Counted from the first letter of the stretch, positions 24,162 through 37,210 are shown. The stretch is 63,467 bases of DNA from Chiloscyllium plagiosum (GCF_004010195.1 NC_057717.1:37700340-37763806); one strand, 5' to 3'. Numbers and translations: made by a program. Notes: generated by a model from the letters alone, not told the origin.

Positions 24162-24589
24162 ATGAGTTGTGGACCTCTTTGATTTTCCTGATCTGCTTAT
24201 CAAGGTCTCTGAATTCCCAATCTCCAATCTGTCCTGTTGCTGACTCTAACAGTGAGATTACTTCAGTTTATCAGCGTGTAACTGAGACAATTATTGATGG
24301 ATTTTCGTTTTTACTTTGATATCTTTGAGATGGTTGTGGTTGGAATAATTTGTAGCTTCCCAGTTGTTTGAAGCCCATTTGTTTTGTTTTTATTTGTTCC
24401 TTACTCAGAATGGTTGCTTACCCTTTCTGATGAGCCTTTGTATTCCCTTTCTTGTGACTGTTACTGATGTACAGAAAATTCCCACCTCACAGCGCATGTG
24501 TTCTCGTCTCGATGTGGCATCCAGCCATTATATTCACTCCTGTTAGTTTTAACATTAACTTTGTGGATAAAAATGCTTCTGAAATGGTT

Positions 24590-24595
24590 AATAAA
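24590..24595 (+). terminator. Probable polyadenylation signal, membrane form
   Basis: First AATAAA downstream of TM2 (~430-nt UTR). Confidence 0.55.
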
Positions 24596-25717
24596 TCTCA
24601 AATGAATATGCACTAACCTAGAGTTTGCTTAATTCTTTCTTCAAGGACAGTCAGTAATAATACATTTTCCTCCATCCTACTCCTTTTCCAGCCAAATACT
24701 TTCACTTGTTCTGTTTGGTTGTGTTTCCTCCAGTCATTTAGTTTAATGCTGCGCTACCATGCAGCTCACTAATGTAAGTGCATCTTTCACACGATATGCC
24801 TGATGGAACACTCCAGAGGCAGAATGATGAGCGAACATTTCCTCTTATGCACAAAAGGTCACAACCTCAGGTCACGTAATGATACAAATGAGGAGCTTTG
24901 CTCCACCAGAAGCCGATAAAAGGCAGGCAAAGGAGCTTGAAAGTTAACTCTACACTGTCTAAACTAAAAGTACTCCCAATGTCGGGACAGCCTGGGTTAG
25001 TAATGCAGAAATCGCCACCTAAAGCGCCCAACGAAACATTCATCAGCCAAAAATGTCAACGTTCAGTCAGGTATTCAGACACAACGCGTGCACAATCCAA
25101 GGGCGGATTCTCAGAACTGGAGTTTTTCTCACACATAAATCTCATGGAGCACAAATTCCGGGATCTATTTGATACACCACACCTGTCAAATCCCAGGGAA
25201 TGAGACTAAGATCTATCTGACACAGGGATATTACTGAACAGCAACCCTCAAAAATAATAAATCAGAGGTCGATGTTGATCAGGCAAGGCAGAGGTCATGA
25301 GTACCTGAAATATTCAGCCATTGGGATCGATATGACGCAAGATGGAATTGAGAACCAAGCACAGCAACTGTTCACAGAGTCTGGAAACTATCAGCAGAGG
25401 AGGACATTCTCAATTTCTCAGAGTTGGTGACGTGTATCATCCCGGGAATAGTGTCGTTAATCAGTCACGCACCTAATCTCATAACTTCGCATTTTTTCAA
25501 AAACGTGGCACCTGAAACTGGATGCAATATTCCAGGTGAGACAAGAGACTGTTTTATTTAAGTTTAACATAATTGCTCTGTGTTTGTTCTCTCCAGCGTT
25601 ATTGATGAAGTATGAATAATTTGCTCTTCTGTCTACGTGTCATGGTGCATTCCCCGATTTGTGCACATACACACGGGGAATCCTCTGCTCCTTCACCGCT
25701 TTGGGTTTACACCCTTA

Positions 25718-25837
25718 GAGGAGAAAGTGAGGACTGCATAAGCCCGAAGAAGGGCTAATGCCCGAAACGTCGATTCTCCTGTTCCCTGGATGCTGCCTGA
25801 CCTGCTGCGCTTTTCCAGCAACACATTTTCAGCCCGA
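25718..25837 (+). mobile_element. Short Penelope-type repeat with 12-bp flanking direct repeat
   Basis: GAGGAGAAAGTGAGGACTGCA...AAGGGCTAATGCCCGAAACGTCGATTCTCCTG...CAACACATTTTCAGC, flanked by TTTACACCCTTA at 25706-25717 and 25838-25849. Confidence 0.7.
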
Positions 25838-26599
25838 TTTACACCCTTACTATTGTATGTTCCCCTGAGTTCATCACTAAACAAAGAAGCACATCACACC
25901 TCCCTGAGACTGACATCTATCTGACACACCGATGTGAATGAATAACAATCCTCAAAAATTATAAATCACAGGTTGATTTCGATCAAGGAAGGCAGAGATC
26001 AGAAGTTCTGGAAACCCTGCTGCTTTCTATGTCCTTTCCCACAACCCGTCTGTCAAACTTTGAAGCTCTGAGCTGTTCTTCCAATATCCTAACATTTTAC
26101 CTTAAATTGCTATTAATATTTTTCTGTAATTTTGAATTATAGACCAAAGCACAGGTTGAAACAACAAGGACTCCAAACACTGAACTCTGAGAACGTACAC
26201 GATAAGGCAGCCGACATTCTGAAACGGCAAACACCCGTTAACAAATGGTTAACAAGTACAAAACAGTGGGTAAGATTAACTTGAACTTATAAAAATAAAA
26301 GGAAAATACTCTGGACGTACAGTGGTGTCGGCAAGACCTCAGCAGACAGAATGGAGTTCGTTTTTTTAAATTATTGGTTATATCCAGAATTTTCCTTCCA
26401 CACAATGGAACCTTTTATTTCCCATCGCCAAGTCACCCATAGTATCTTTATTTTCAGCTACTAACCATCACCAGTAAATTAAATAATTTATGCTCAAAGC
26501 CCCTCCCACCATCAAAGGTACGGCAGAAGTAGGAAGAGCTAGAAGGTGATTGGAGTCAATTTTTCTTGTGGTGAAACATTACTGCTGTTCTAACACAAG

Positions 26600-27440
26600 G
26601 GATTTCTGCGGGATGGTCCAGTGAAGCTATGTGGATGGAACTCATAAATAAGAAAAGCATGATTACTTTGATGCAATTGTAATAGTCCCCCCAGTAGTCA
26701 GAGTGAAATTGAGTAACAAATATGTCGAAAGATCTTATTTATACGTAAGAATAATAGGATTGTAATAATCGCAAATTTTAACCTTCCAAACATAAAGTGG
26801 GACAGCCATGGGCTTAAGAGCTTGGATGGTGAGGAATTTGGTAAGTGCTAAAGTCAATTTTCTTCATTAATATGCAGATGTAACTATCACAGAAGCAGCA
26901 AACCTGACCTACTCTTGTGATGTAAGGCAGGGCAAGGGACTGAATGGTTAGTAGGGGAGCTTTTTGGGGCCGGGGTCATAATTCGATTAGTTGTAAAATA
27001 TCTACGGAAAGGATTGGCATTGCATGTGTTAAAGTTCTTAATTTGACTATGGCAACTTTTGACAGTATGAGACAAAAACTGTCAGGGGTTGATTGGAGTA
27101 GACTGTTTGCAGCTCAAGGAACAGCCGGCAAGAGTGAGGCTTTCAGAAGTGAGATAACGCGAGTTCGGAGGCGTGATGTTCCTGTTAGTGTGAAGATAAG
27201 GCTGGTAAGAGGAGGGAACACTGGAGGAATAAAGATATAGAGGCTCTGGTTCAGATTAAGAATGAATCATATATTAGATATAGAGAAATGAGATCAAGTG
27301 AATCTCGAAGAGTACAAGAGGTGCAGGGATATTCTAAAGAGGGAAATGAGGAGGGCAAGAAAGGAAAATGAGGTAGCCTTGGAAGATAATGTTAAAGATA
27401 ATCCAAAGAGATTCGACTGGTACATTAAGAGCAAAGGGGT
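26600..27440 (+). mobile_element. CR1 LINE endonuclease/linker fragment
   Basis: ORFs 26944..27240 and 27298..27519 (LEEYKRCR..LKREMRRARKENE..VKDNPKRF) are homologous to CR1 ORF2. Confidence 0.8.
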
Positions 27441-27444
27441 AGAT

Positions 27445-27890
27445 CATAGAGTCATAGAGATGTACAACTTGGAAACAGATCTTTCAGTCTCACTTGCCCA
27501 TGCTGACCAGATATCCTAAACTAATCTAGTTCCATTTGCCAGTACTTGGTCCATATCCCTCTAAACCCTTTCTATTCGTATACACACTCAGATTCCTTTT
27601 AAATGTTGAAATTGCACCAGCCTCCACCGCTTCCTCTGGTAGTTCATTCCTTACACACCATCCTCTGCAAAAGTTACTCCTTAGGTAGTTTCATCTTTTT
27701 CCCCTCTCACTCTAAACCTATACTCACGAGTAAAGGTTTAGATGAGACTCCACCCACCTCTGGGAAAAGACCTTGTCTATTCACCGTATCCATGCCACTG
27801 ATGATTTTATAAACCTTTATAAAGTCACGCCTCAGCCTCCAACGCTCCAGAGAAATCAGCCCCAGCCTATTCAGCCTCTCCCTATTTAAC
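27445..27890 (-). mobile_element. CR1 LINE 3' end
   Basis: ORF 27707..27919 reads RERLNRLGLISLERWRLRRDFIKVYKII, with a (CATAGAGT)n-type tail at ~27445. Confidence 0.85.
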
Positions 27891-28319
27891 TCTACCTGGC
27901 TGTGAATACGTATACGCATAGAGGGATGGCTTCATAAATCATGTTACATTTTATATAAATGCTGTTTTTTTTATTATCACTTAGTTTAAAATGGAGGATG
28001 GGTGCCTTTTCAATGTCATACTAGTAGCACAGAAAGACCTGGGGAAATAAACTGCAACAATAAAAAGGACAAAACGTGATTGCAATACGGATAATCTCAC
28101 CATATCATTCGTGTAAAAAGTATTTCCCTGTTGTGACCTTGCAGTTAATAGAGTCTATTAATTAGTCAAATGTTTGTAATAATTTTCATCTATCTGTCAT
28201 TCTACATTTAGTTCTTAAAGTTATCGTGTGGATTACTGCACCTCTCTAAAACTTCAAAACAAAATAAACTAAAACTGCAAATTAAATATTGTATCTAATT
28301 ACGACAAAAAAAAAACAAT

Positions 28320-29210
28320 TCAATGACACCAAATTGGAAAGGAATGTTGAAATGTAGCCAATTTTGAGGACTGCAAGAAGTTGCAAGCGATCATTAATTA
28401 ATTTACGGTATGTTCAAATAATTAGCAAATGAAGATCCACACAGATAAACGTAAGGTGTTACATCTTGGTAGGAATAATGTGCAGGTCATTTATTCAAAG
28501 ATGCATGTCTAAGTGAGAGAGACAAACAAAGGGATTTCAGACAATTACATCAGTCACTAACAATTTCACCACAGGTTCCAAAGGCTATAAAAATGCAAAC
28601 AAAGCTCTAAACTTTATCTCTCAAGGGATAGATTTGAAAGTAGGGTCCCTATAAAAATTTGGTTCACTATAATTAAGAGTATTGCTTGCAGTTCGAGTTG
28701 ACATATTATAGAATGCATGAGAGAGAATGAAGAGAAGATTTATAAAAATGCTACACAAGTTTCTGGCTGTGCATATCAAGGAAGAATTGTTGTGCTATTC
28801 ACTTCTCCCTTGAAAACAAGGGATGACAGTTCTAAAATTATGAAATATTTTGAAAAGATAATGTACAGAGAAAACATTTCACTATGGGAAAGAACATAAC
28901 TGGAGGCTGTCAATACAAAATGATACCTCAAGAAATTCAAAAGGGAATTCAGAAGAAACCTCTTCACTGGAAGAATGATGAGAAGGGGGGTGGGGGTGAG
29001 GGCGGGCGAGGGATATGTGACTGGACGGAATAATTGAAATCAATAGTTTCGATGTAGTTCAAGGAAATTAGGCGAGCACGTGGAAGGGATGGGAATAGAG
29101 AATTACAATGGGCCATTTAGATGAGGAAAGATGTGAAACACCTTGAGTTGGACATAAGCACTGGCATGGACTGATTGTGCCAAATGGTCCGTTTTTCCTC
29201 TGTAATCCTA
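28320..29210 (+). mobile_element. Old CR1 LINE 3' fragment
   Basis: Degenerate DTKLG, KCKVLH and EFRRNLF-like segments. Confidence 0.6.
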
Positions 29211-30279
29211 TGTAGAAAATCACCATTGTATGAAACAAAAAGTGTATTAAGGACATCTAGAAGAATTATAAAGTTTCTCACAAAAAAGTCTCAAGCATCC
29301 AGCACTGAATGCAAATGATTTTATCACGTGACCGCACTTCACTATTTGCTTGATAGCACTGAAACAGCAGTAATCACAGTACTCTTACTAGGAGTAGGAG
29401 TAACCCAGTGTCCATGCACCAATTGGGGAAACTTAATGACTTATTAATGGCCTCAGTAGGACCTGCCAACCTGGTCCAGGGAATGTTGTGAACACTCTAG
29501 CCCTCACGGCTTCTTTCACTCACTTACTCTGACTTCCAGTTCCCGGAATGATCGCCACCATGGACAGGAGACTGTTCCAGTATGCAGATGGGATACCATG
29601 TTGTGAGCCATAAGGTACTTCATTAGGAGGGACATCCTCCAAGTATGTTTCTAGGATGCAGGGGAGGTCTCCCACACATTGCAGGATCCACCTACTGCTA
29701 ATAAACGGCCAGCATTCGCGGGAACAGACTCTACATTGACCACCTGAGTGGCCATTCTTTCCCGAATTTGGGATCAATAAAATACTACGGAGGTGGAAAT
29801 ATGAGAGCCACTGAAACACCTTCCTTCCCTTATCATCTTCCACCCTATTATCCACGTAATGACCTTGCAGCCTGTCCCTAGAAGCCTGATAGAACCCAGT
29901 CCCATTCCAATACTCAAGAACATGAAGACCTGGCAAACTGGTCAAAATTGATAAAGCTTAACACAGACAGTCTTGTCCTGAGTGTTAAATTCTGAAGTGT
30001 AACTTGAGATGAGTTCACAAAAAATGGCAGAAGTACAGAAACAACCACTTCCATCCATCAGAAACAAATTTCTATGAATGGAAACGGGTGGTCCGCTATT
30101 TGGAATGGAACAGTGCATTTGAAAAGTTAATGAGCAGCAGCAATATTTTGTGTCAGATGTGTGCACAGTTTGAAGCTGTTTGCTGATTCAGTTTTGCTAA
30201 AGGTTGGCAGATACATTCCAATTAGAATCAATTAAATCTGCCAAAGTGGACATTAATACTCACATTTATGAGAAGCTTT

Positions 30280-30916
30280 AACATAGAACATAGAAAAGTA
30301 CAGCACAGAACAGGCCCTTTGGCCCACGACAGTGTGCCGAGGTTTAACCCTAATGTAAAATATAATAACAACCTACACAACCCTCAACTCACTGCTAAAC
30401 ATTTGCATGTCCAGCATTCGCTTAAATGTCCCTAATAACTCTGCTTCCACCACCACCTCTGGCAATGCATTCCATGCATTCACAACTCTCTGTGTAAAGA
30501 ACCTACCTCTAACGTCTCCTCTATACCTTTCTCCTAATATCTTAAAACTATGACTCCCTCGTACCAGTCAATACTACCCTGAGGAACATCCTCTAGCTAT
30601 TGCCTTTATCTATTCCTCTCATTATTTTGTATACCTCAATCAGGCCTCCTCCCTTCCTCCTCCTCTTCAGAGAGAAAAGTCTGAGCTTATTCAAGCTTTC
30701 TTCATAAGGCAAGCCCTCCAGTCCAGGCAGCAACCTGGTAAACCTTCTTTGCACCCTCTCAAAAGCCTCTATATCTTTCCTGTAGCAGGGCGACCAGAAC
30801 TGGACGCAATATTCCAGGTGTGGTTTCACCAGGGACTTGTAGAGTTGTAGCAAATCCTCGCTGCTCTCAAACTCGATTCCCCTGTAAATGAAAGCCTAAA
30901 CACCATATGCTTTCTT
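30280..30916 (-). mobile_element. CR1 LINE 3' end with tandem tail
   Basis: ORF 30593..30853 reads LQLYKSLVKPHLEYCVQFWSPCYRKDI; tail AACATAGAACATAG. Confidence 0.9.
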
Positions 30917-32251
30917 AACGATACAATATTCAAACAGGATCTGCATGAACAAAGTGGGCTTGTCAGGGGGTTAAATCATTTCAAATTCGAAAACTAGACT
31001 CCATTTTAATCATATCAGCGGGATGTTGGATCCTCCCTTAGCAACAGGTTCCCATATTCAAACGGTTGTTTGCAAATACAGAAATTGGGTATTGCTGTTA
31101 AATAGGACATGCTCTTTTTTTGTCTTGCATTCATCAGGATAGCTGCAAGGAATTTGATATTAGGACCAATGACCAGGAACATGAAACCGGCTTTTAAGCA
31201 AGCTTTCAAAGAGAGAAAGAGTACCAGAGGGCATCTAAGGACGTTTATCAGTAAAGTACATCGAATTCAGGGGCTTGACCATACTCATGGACAAAAAAAA
31301 GATATAAAGCAATCAGAGAACCAAAGAATAGAGTGTGTATATAAGGGGTACAAGAGACAGCGTGGATCAAGGCCTTGAAGATCTTACAGACAGACATAAG
31401 TTTAAATTCAATACATGAGATGATAATGGGCTAGTTAGGATCTCAGTACTTTCTCTATAAGCTGAAAATGTGTTGCTGGAAAAGCGCAGCAGGTCAGGCA
31501 GCATCCAAGGAGTAGTAGAATCGACGTTTCGGGAATGAGGAGAAAGTGAGGTCTGCAGATGCTGGAGATCAAAGTTGAAACTTTATTGCTGGAACAGGCT
31601 GGAAAAGCGCAGCAGGTCAGGCAGCATCCAAGGAGTAGTAGAATCGACGTTTCGGGAATGAGCCCTTCTTTATTTCCTGAAAAAGGGCCCATGCCCGAAA
31701 CGTCTATTCTCCTGTTCCCTGGATGCTGCCTGACCAGCTGCGCTCTTCCAGCAACACATTTTCAACTCTGATCTCCAGCATCTGCAGTCCTCACTTTCTC
31801 CTTTCTCTATAAGCACAAGTTTAAGTTTACCAGTCTTGTCCAGGCGAGCATTAAATGGGATTTTTATTTGCGCTGTGCATATCTCCTGATTTCACAAGAT
31901 GTCTTAGTTTTGTAAATTCAATAGAATGCATTTTTCACCGTTCACCAATTCATTAAATAGAAGTTGACAGAAATCAACAACTTTCCAAAGCTGTCTTTCA
32001 ACAGCCAAACGATACAATATTCAAACAGGATCTGCATGAACAAAGTGGGCTTGTCAGGGGGTTAAATCATTTCAAATTCGAAAACTAGATTCCATTTTAA
32101 TCATATCAGCGGGATGTTGGATACTCCATTAGCAACAGGTTCCCATATTCAAACGGTTGTTTGCAAATACAGAAATTTGGTATTGCTGTTAAATAGGACA
32201 TGCTCTTTTTTTGTCTTGCATTCATCAGGATAGCTGCAAGGAATTTGATAT
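30917..32251 (+). repeat. Near-identical 244-bp direct duplication (30917-31160 and 32008-32251)
   Basis: AACGATACAATATTCAAACAGG...GCAAGGAATTTGATAT appears twice with only a few substitutions. Confidence 0.95.
31463..31800. mobile_element. Palindromic Penelope-type element with 14-bp target-site duplication
   Basis: Inverted arms AGGAGAAAGTGAGG..GCAGATGCTGGAGATC (~31538) and GATCTCCAGCATCTGCAGTCCTCACTTTCTCC (~31800), flanked by CTTTCTCTATAAGC at 31449-31462 and 31801-31814. Confidence 0.8.
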
Positions 32252-33471
32252 AAAGGGAAACATCATTTTACACTGAACAAGGAAAGAGTTCTGATGCTTT
32301 GGAAAGTGCACAATGATTGATCGAGACGTCCCCAATGGAAATGGACTAGTCAGATGGTAATGGACAGTTAACAGCTAAACTTTGTTAAATTTTCAATTGG
32401 CAGATTGCCTGAGTGGTCAAGGTATTACCTTGCCAAACGAATCAGAGAATGGCCATCACCAATTTAGTCGAATCACAACAGGCATTGGCAGTTAATGGCC
32501 AATCATCACCTGGTCCATTCTCCATGCCTTTACCAATCAGCACTCATTACTCAGACAGATTAAATGCTATCCATAGAGGGTGTCCTGATAAGTACAATAC
32601 TAAAGACTTAAATAAAAAAAATATTTTCAACAATACTCAAGTTTCCAAGTTGGACCATCTGGCAGAGGTGAAACTTAACTATAATGTATCAGGCCTACAA
32701 TGAACTAGGAGAGTTCTGCACTGGCCTCAGAGGAAAACCAGCAACAATGTCCTTGTGGAGAGAGAATAATGACATTACTTTGCCTTTGATCCTATACAGC
32801 AAGAATTTCAAAGCCATTGAGGAGCAGAAATAAATAGAAACAAACCACATGTACATACAAACAGGGCACTATTACTTAAAGTAATAGAGATAAATTCTGC
32901 ACGAGCAGAAAATCTAATTGTTATTCTGAATAGTGAATGTGGCACAAAAAGCACCCTTGTGATAATGGCAGTTTGAAAATCTAACCCACATTGGTTTGCA
33001 GCAGTTGAAGAGTTGGTCATTCTATTATGAGCCCCACGCAGTTCCGACACCAGTATGCGACCATAGATTCAGATTGTTTAAAAAGGCAGATGTCAATATG
33101 AAGTTTCACAGTCGCAGGAGCACAGCTATCCTATGGACAGCACTAAAGAGATCTCACACCCATTGTCTCTTTAATAAAGAAATGGGGCAAACCTCAGAGA
33201 TAGGGAAATGTAAATGAAGGAACCCCTAACAAGATTTCATCCAATTCGATAGTAACTGACACCTGATCACCAAATTCAGCTGCCACTTGAAAGAATGCAA
33301 GAAGCCCCAAAAGGAAATACTCCAAATTTCACTAGATTCTGTATCACATTATCACAAGAGAGCTTTGTAGTTGCCTCCTAGCAAACATTATTTTTTTCCA
33401 CATAACATATAGTTTTGACAGAGAAGCATTGGCTCTGATCACAGATCAGAACCGAATAGTGCAGAACCAAA

Positions 33472-33735
33472 TCATAACTCATCTCGAGAAGCTGTGTCAA
33501 TGGGTGCTTGAGTTTGCAGTGCCTCTGTGTTTTGAGCTTCAGCCCCAATCTCTCGCTGTTCCCTAGTTTTTCTGATAAGTTGCGGTTCCAGTCAGTGTGT
33601 ATTTCATCATTGTCCCAGATTATAGAGGTTTCAATGTCAGTGAGTTCACCAGTATAGCGCGTTGGGTAAATCAGCAGTGGCTCCACTGAAAAGGCTTTTA
33701 AATCCTGGGGCTCATAGAAGAGCATAAAATTATCC
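33472..33735 (-). pseudogene. COLGALT2: Terminal exon of procollagen galactosyltransferase (GT25; closest by eye to COLGALT2), frameshifted
   Basis: Acceptor TTAACAG|G, then DNFMLFYEPQDLKAFSVEPLLIYPTRYTGE---LTDIETSIIWDNDEIHTDWNR. After a 1-nt shift at ~33566 it reads REQREIGAEAQNTEALQTQAPIDTASRDEL*. Compare COLGALT2 YESRDLKAFSAEPLLIYPTHYTGQPGYLSDTETSTIWDN...NTEAL...SRDEL. The paralogue assignment is tentative. Confidence 0.88.
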
Positions 33736-36649
33736 CTGTTAAATGTCCGAATAACAATTCACAACAGGAGATTTGACCTGCTATATTTTCCATTACGGAC
33801 TGCAATGAATCTACCTCATGGGATAACGAAACTCACCAATGTGAGTAAAAATCTCTTAAACTTTGGGCAAAATCCAGGCTGTTGTCTTAATAGAATAAAC
33901 TCCAAACAATAATGCAACAAAGAGAAGCAGATTGAAGTCAAATGATGCACAGGTTTGATGAAGAGCAAAACCCCTTCTACCCTAGCAGGAAGGCAAGTAG
34001 AAAAGTTGCGCATTTATATAACAACTTAATGCAATCTCAGAGTATCCTAAACCATCTCTTTCCAGATCTCTGAAACAAGTGCAGAACCTCTGGGGCCACT
34101 GTCAACTACATGCTATCAAACCCAGGGAGTCATAGACGGAAATATCAGCATGTGCCCATGTAACAGCTTAAAATGTGTGTTTAATACCTCCGCTCGAGTA
34201 ACTAGCAAAATTGTTTCGTGGTATGAACAATAAATGAGAATAGGTCTCTTGGCCCTTCGAGCCTGTTCCACCATTCAATAAGATCCTGACTGACCCGATT
34301 TTAACAAGCAAATAAAACATTCAACTAACAATATCCCACTTTAGNNNNNNNNNNNNNNNNNNNNNNNNNNNNNNNNNNNNNNNNNNNNNNNNNNNNNNNN
34401 NNNNNNNNNNNNNNNNNNNNNNNNNNNNNNNNNNNNNNNNNNNNNNNNNNNNNNNNNNNNNNNNNNNNNNNNNNNNNNNNNNNNNNNNNNNNNNNNNNNN
34501 NNNNNNNNNNNNNNNNNNNNNNNNNNNNNNNNNNNNNNNNNNNNNNNNNNNNNNNNNNNNNNNNNNNNNNNNNNNNNNNNNNNNNNNNNNNNNNNNNNNN
34601 NNNNNNNNNNNNNNNNNNNNNNNNNNNNNNNNNNNNNNNNNNNNNNNNNNNNNNNNNNNNNNNNNNNNNNNNNNNNNNNNNNNNNNNNNNNNNNNNNNNN
34701 NNNNNNNNNNNNNNNNNNNNNNNNNNNNNNNNNNNNNNNNNNNNNNNNNNNNNNNNNNNNNNNNNNNNNNNNNNNNNNNNNNNNNNNNNNNNNNNNNNNN
34801 NNNNNNNNNNNNNNNNNNNNNNNNNNNNNNNNNNNNNNNNNNNNCATTTGCCAGTAATGTATCTGAGACAACCGTACATATTGATCATAATCCATTAAAG
34901 GTTTTTGGAGAAATTTAAGAACACACATTGTAGACTGGTTTTCGGGGCATATCTTTATGAGAAAGTCTCTACATTATTTATAGGACATTCTGACTCTCCA
35001 GCAATTTCTCTCATGTTGTTAGATTCCACATTATAAATACAATTTAGCCACATGACAAATCAAACTTACTTCTTCGTCACTGCTTTCTTTTCTGTAGAAT
35101 TGAGACTATCATTTTTTGAATGCTCTGTCTGTTAAAGTGCAATTGATCAATAACCACAAAATGAAAAGCAAACGAAAATGGTGTCTGTGTCCATAATTTA
35201 TTGCCAGATATTAAAAAAAACAGAAGTCTCTTAATGCAGCATGTCAAGCCTTGATCAGCCAATTTAAAGAAACAAGGTCATGCTCCAATCAGCCATGATC
35301 GTGATGAATGGCAGAGCAGACTCGAAGGATTGCCTGGCCTCCTTCTGCTCGTATTTTCTACGTTTCTAAACTGGCTTAAATACCCAAGAAAACTGAAGAT
35401 TCAGAATTATAAACCTTCATCAGACAATTTAGGTAAACAGGTTACACATTAGATTTTGTAGTCAGCATATAAAATTAGTCCATATGATCTCCCAGTATTG
35501 TTGCTTGAGGCTACGATTACAGTTCATTAGAAGCTTTCCCACCACTAAGATAAACCTGGTTGCTGGATTTATCCAGACAATTTTGAACAAAATTATTTTA
35601 AATGTTGTGATTCTCCTGTCTCTGATTCCATGTCTGTATTTGACCAGGATAAGGTTGTTGTGGATATTACCACTGCAGCTTCAATGTTACTTTTCTCTGT
35701 ATCCGCAGGTATCTCCAATTCAGTTGTTTTCAGTTACCAACACTCAATGACAATCAGCCTTTCTAATTGAAGCAGAAATTGCTGGAGATGCTGAAGAGGT
35801 CACAGGACTCAAAAACATTAACTCTGCTTTCCCGACACAGATGCTCCCAGACCTGCTGAGATTCTCCAGCAGTTTCCTTTTTGTTTTAGATTTCCAGCAT
35901 CGCAATTTTGTTTTATTTTAGCCTTTCTAACATTCTGTCAAACTTCATCCCATCCAAGTCCCGACTACATTTTTTATTCGCCATGAACTGGACATCAACT
36001 TCCTCTTCATAATACCTCAGCCAGGCCCCTGCCCCTTTGAAGTTTAAGCATGGGATTTATGATCATTGGCCCCACTCATTCGTTTGCTACCCTTTCACTG
36101 TTTGTGACTAATAATTACTATTGTATCCCCTTTTAAAGTTAGCTGCCAGTCTCCCTTACTCTTTATTTCCCCTCTGGACAGTCTATATTTAGCACAGTTC
36201 TCACTCGGCGTAACAATAATCCAAATCCTTTGCAAAATCATGCAGGGAATTAGAGTATTGTTTTTGCCGCCATTTCCTGTTTGTGGAAATGTTAAGCTGT
36301 ACTGTACATCCGAAGCTGAACATTACCCAGATTTGTGCTCAAATGTCCTTGCTCAAATGCCCTCTTGCCCCATTGAACTCAGCGCTCCTCCAACTCAGAA
36401 TTATTCTGGATTGTTCCTTGTTCATTTTATACACAAGGTAAAATCTTTTGATACAATGTTCAATGCTTCCTTAAATGATCCCTGTCTAATATTTAATGAA
36501 TTTTATAAAAATTGTGTGAATGCACGCAAGATATGAAGTTGGCAGTACAGATTGAAGATATCATTAGGATTCTGAACATTATAAATAGGACCGTGGCATG
36601 CAAAATAAGGAAATTATGACAATTAGTTATAAACAGTCCTGCCTTTCCC

Positions 36650-37210
36650 TCATTTCTAGTATTTATGCAGCACGCTTCAGGAAGGGATTTGAGAAGGTGC
36701 ACAAAAGATACACAAAAATGGTACCCGAGATGAACAACTGGATAACTATGAGGATAGTTTGAAGAAGCTCGGGGTGCTCTTTATGGAGAACAGAAGATAA
36801 AGAAGACATTTTACACGTGTCCAAAATCATGAAGGATTTGGATAGAGTAGGATAAAAGTGTAGGAGAATGCATCTGGATTGGTTACTCTTTGAAGGGTTT
36901 GTGTGGACTTGTTGGGCCAAGTGGCCTGTTTCATACTGTACTATTCTATTTTAAAAAGCCTTGAGAAGAAAAGGACACTGATTTAAGATGATCAGCAAAA
37001 ATAAAACAACAAGGATTACTTTAAAAAAAACAGCAAAGTTCGGAAAATGGGATGTTCTGCCTAATAGTGTAGTGGTGGAAGCAGCTTCAACTGAGGTTTT
37101 CAAAGGAATCTAAAATTTTCATAAGGAGAGGTTTCACAGTATCACATAGTAAAAGGATTTGCGAGTGAACATAGGCAAGTTCCTCTTTGAGAGCTGATCA
37201 AATCATTGCC
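36650..37210 (+). mobile_element. Degenerate CR1 3' fragment
   Basis: GAGAAGGTGCACAAAAGATACACAAAAATGGTACC...TATGAGGATAGTTTGAAGAAG resembles EKVQRRFT...YEERL. Confidence 0.65.
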
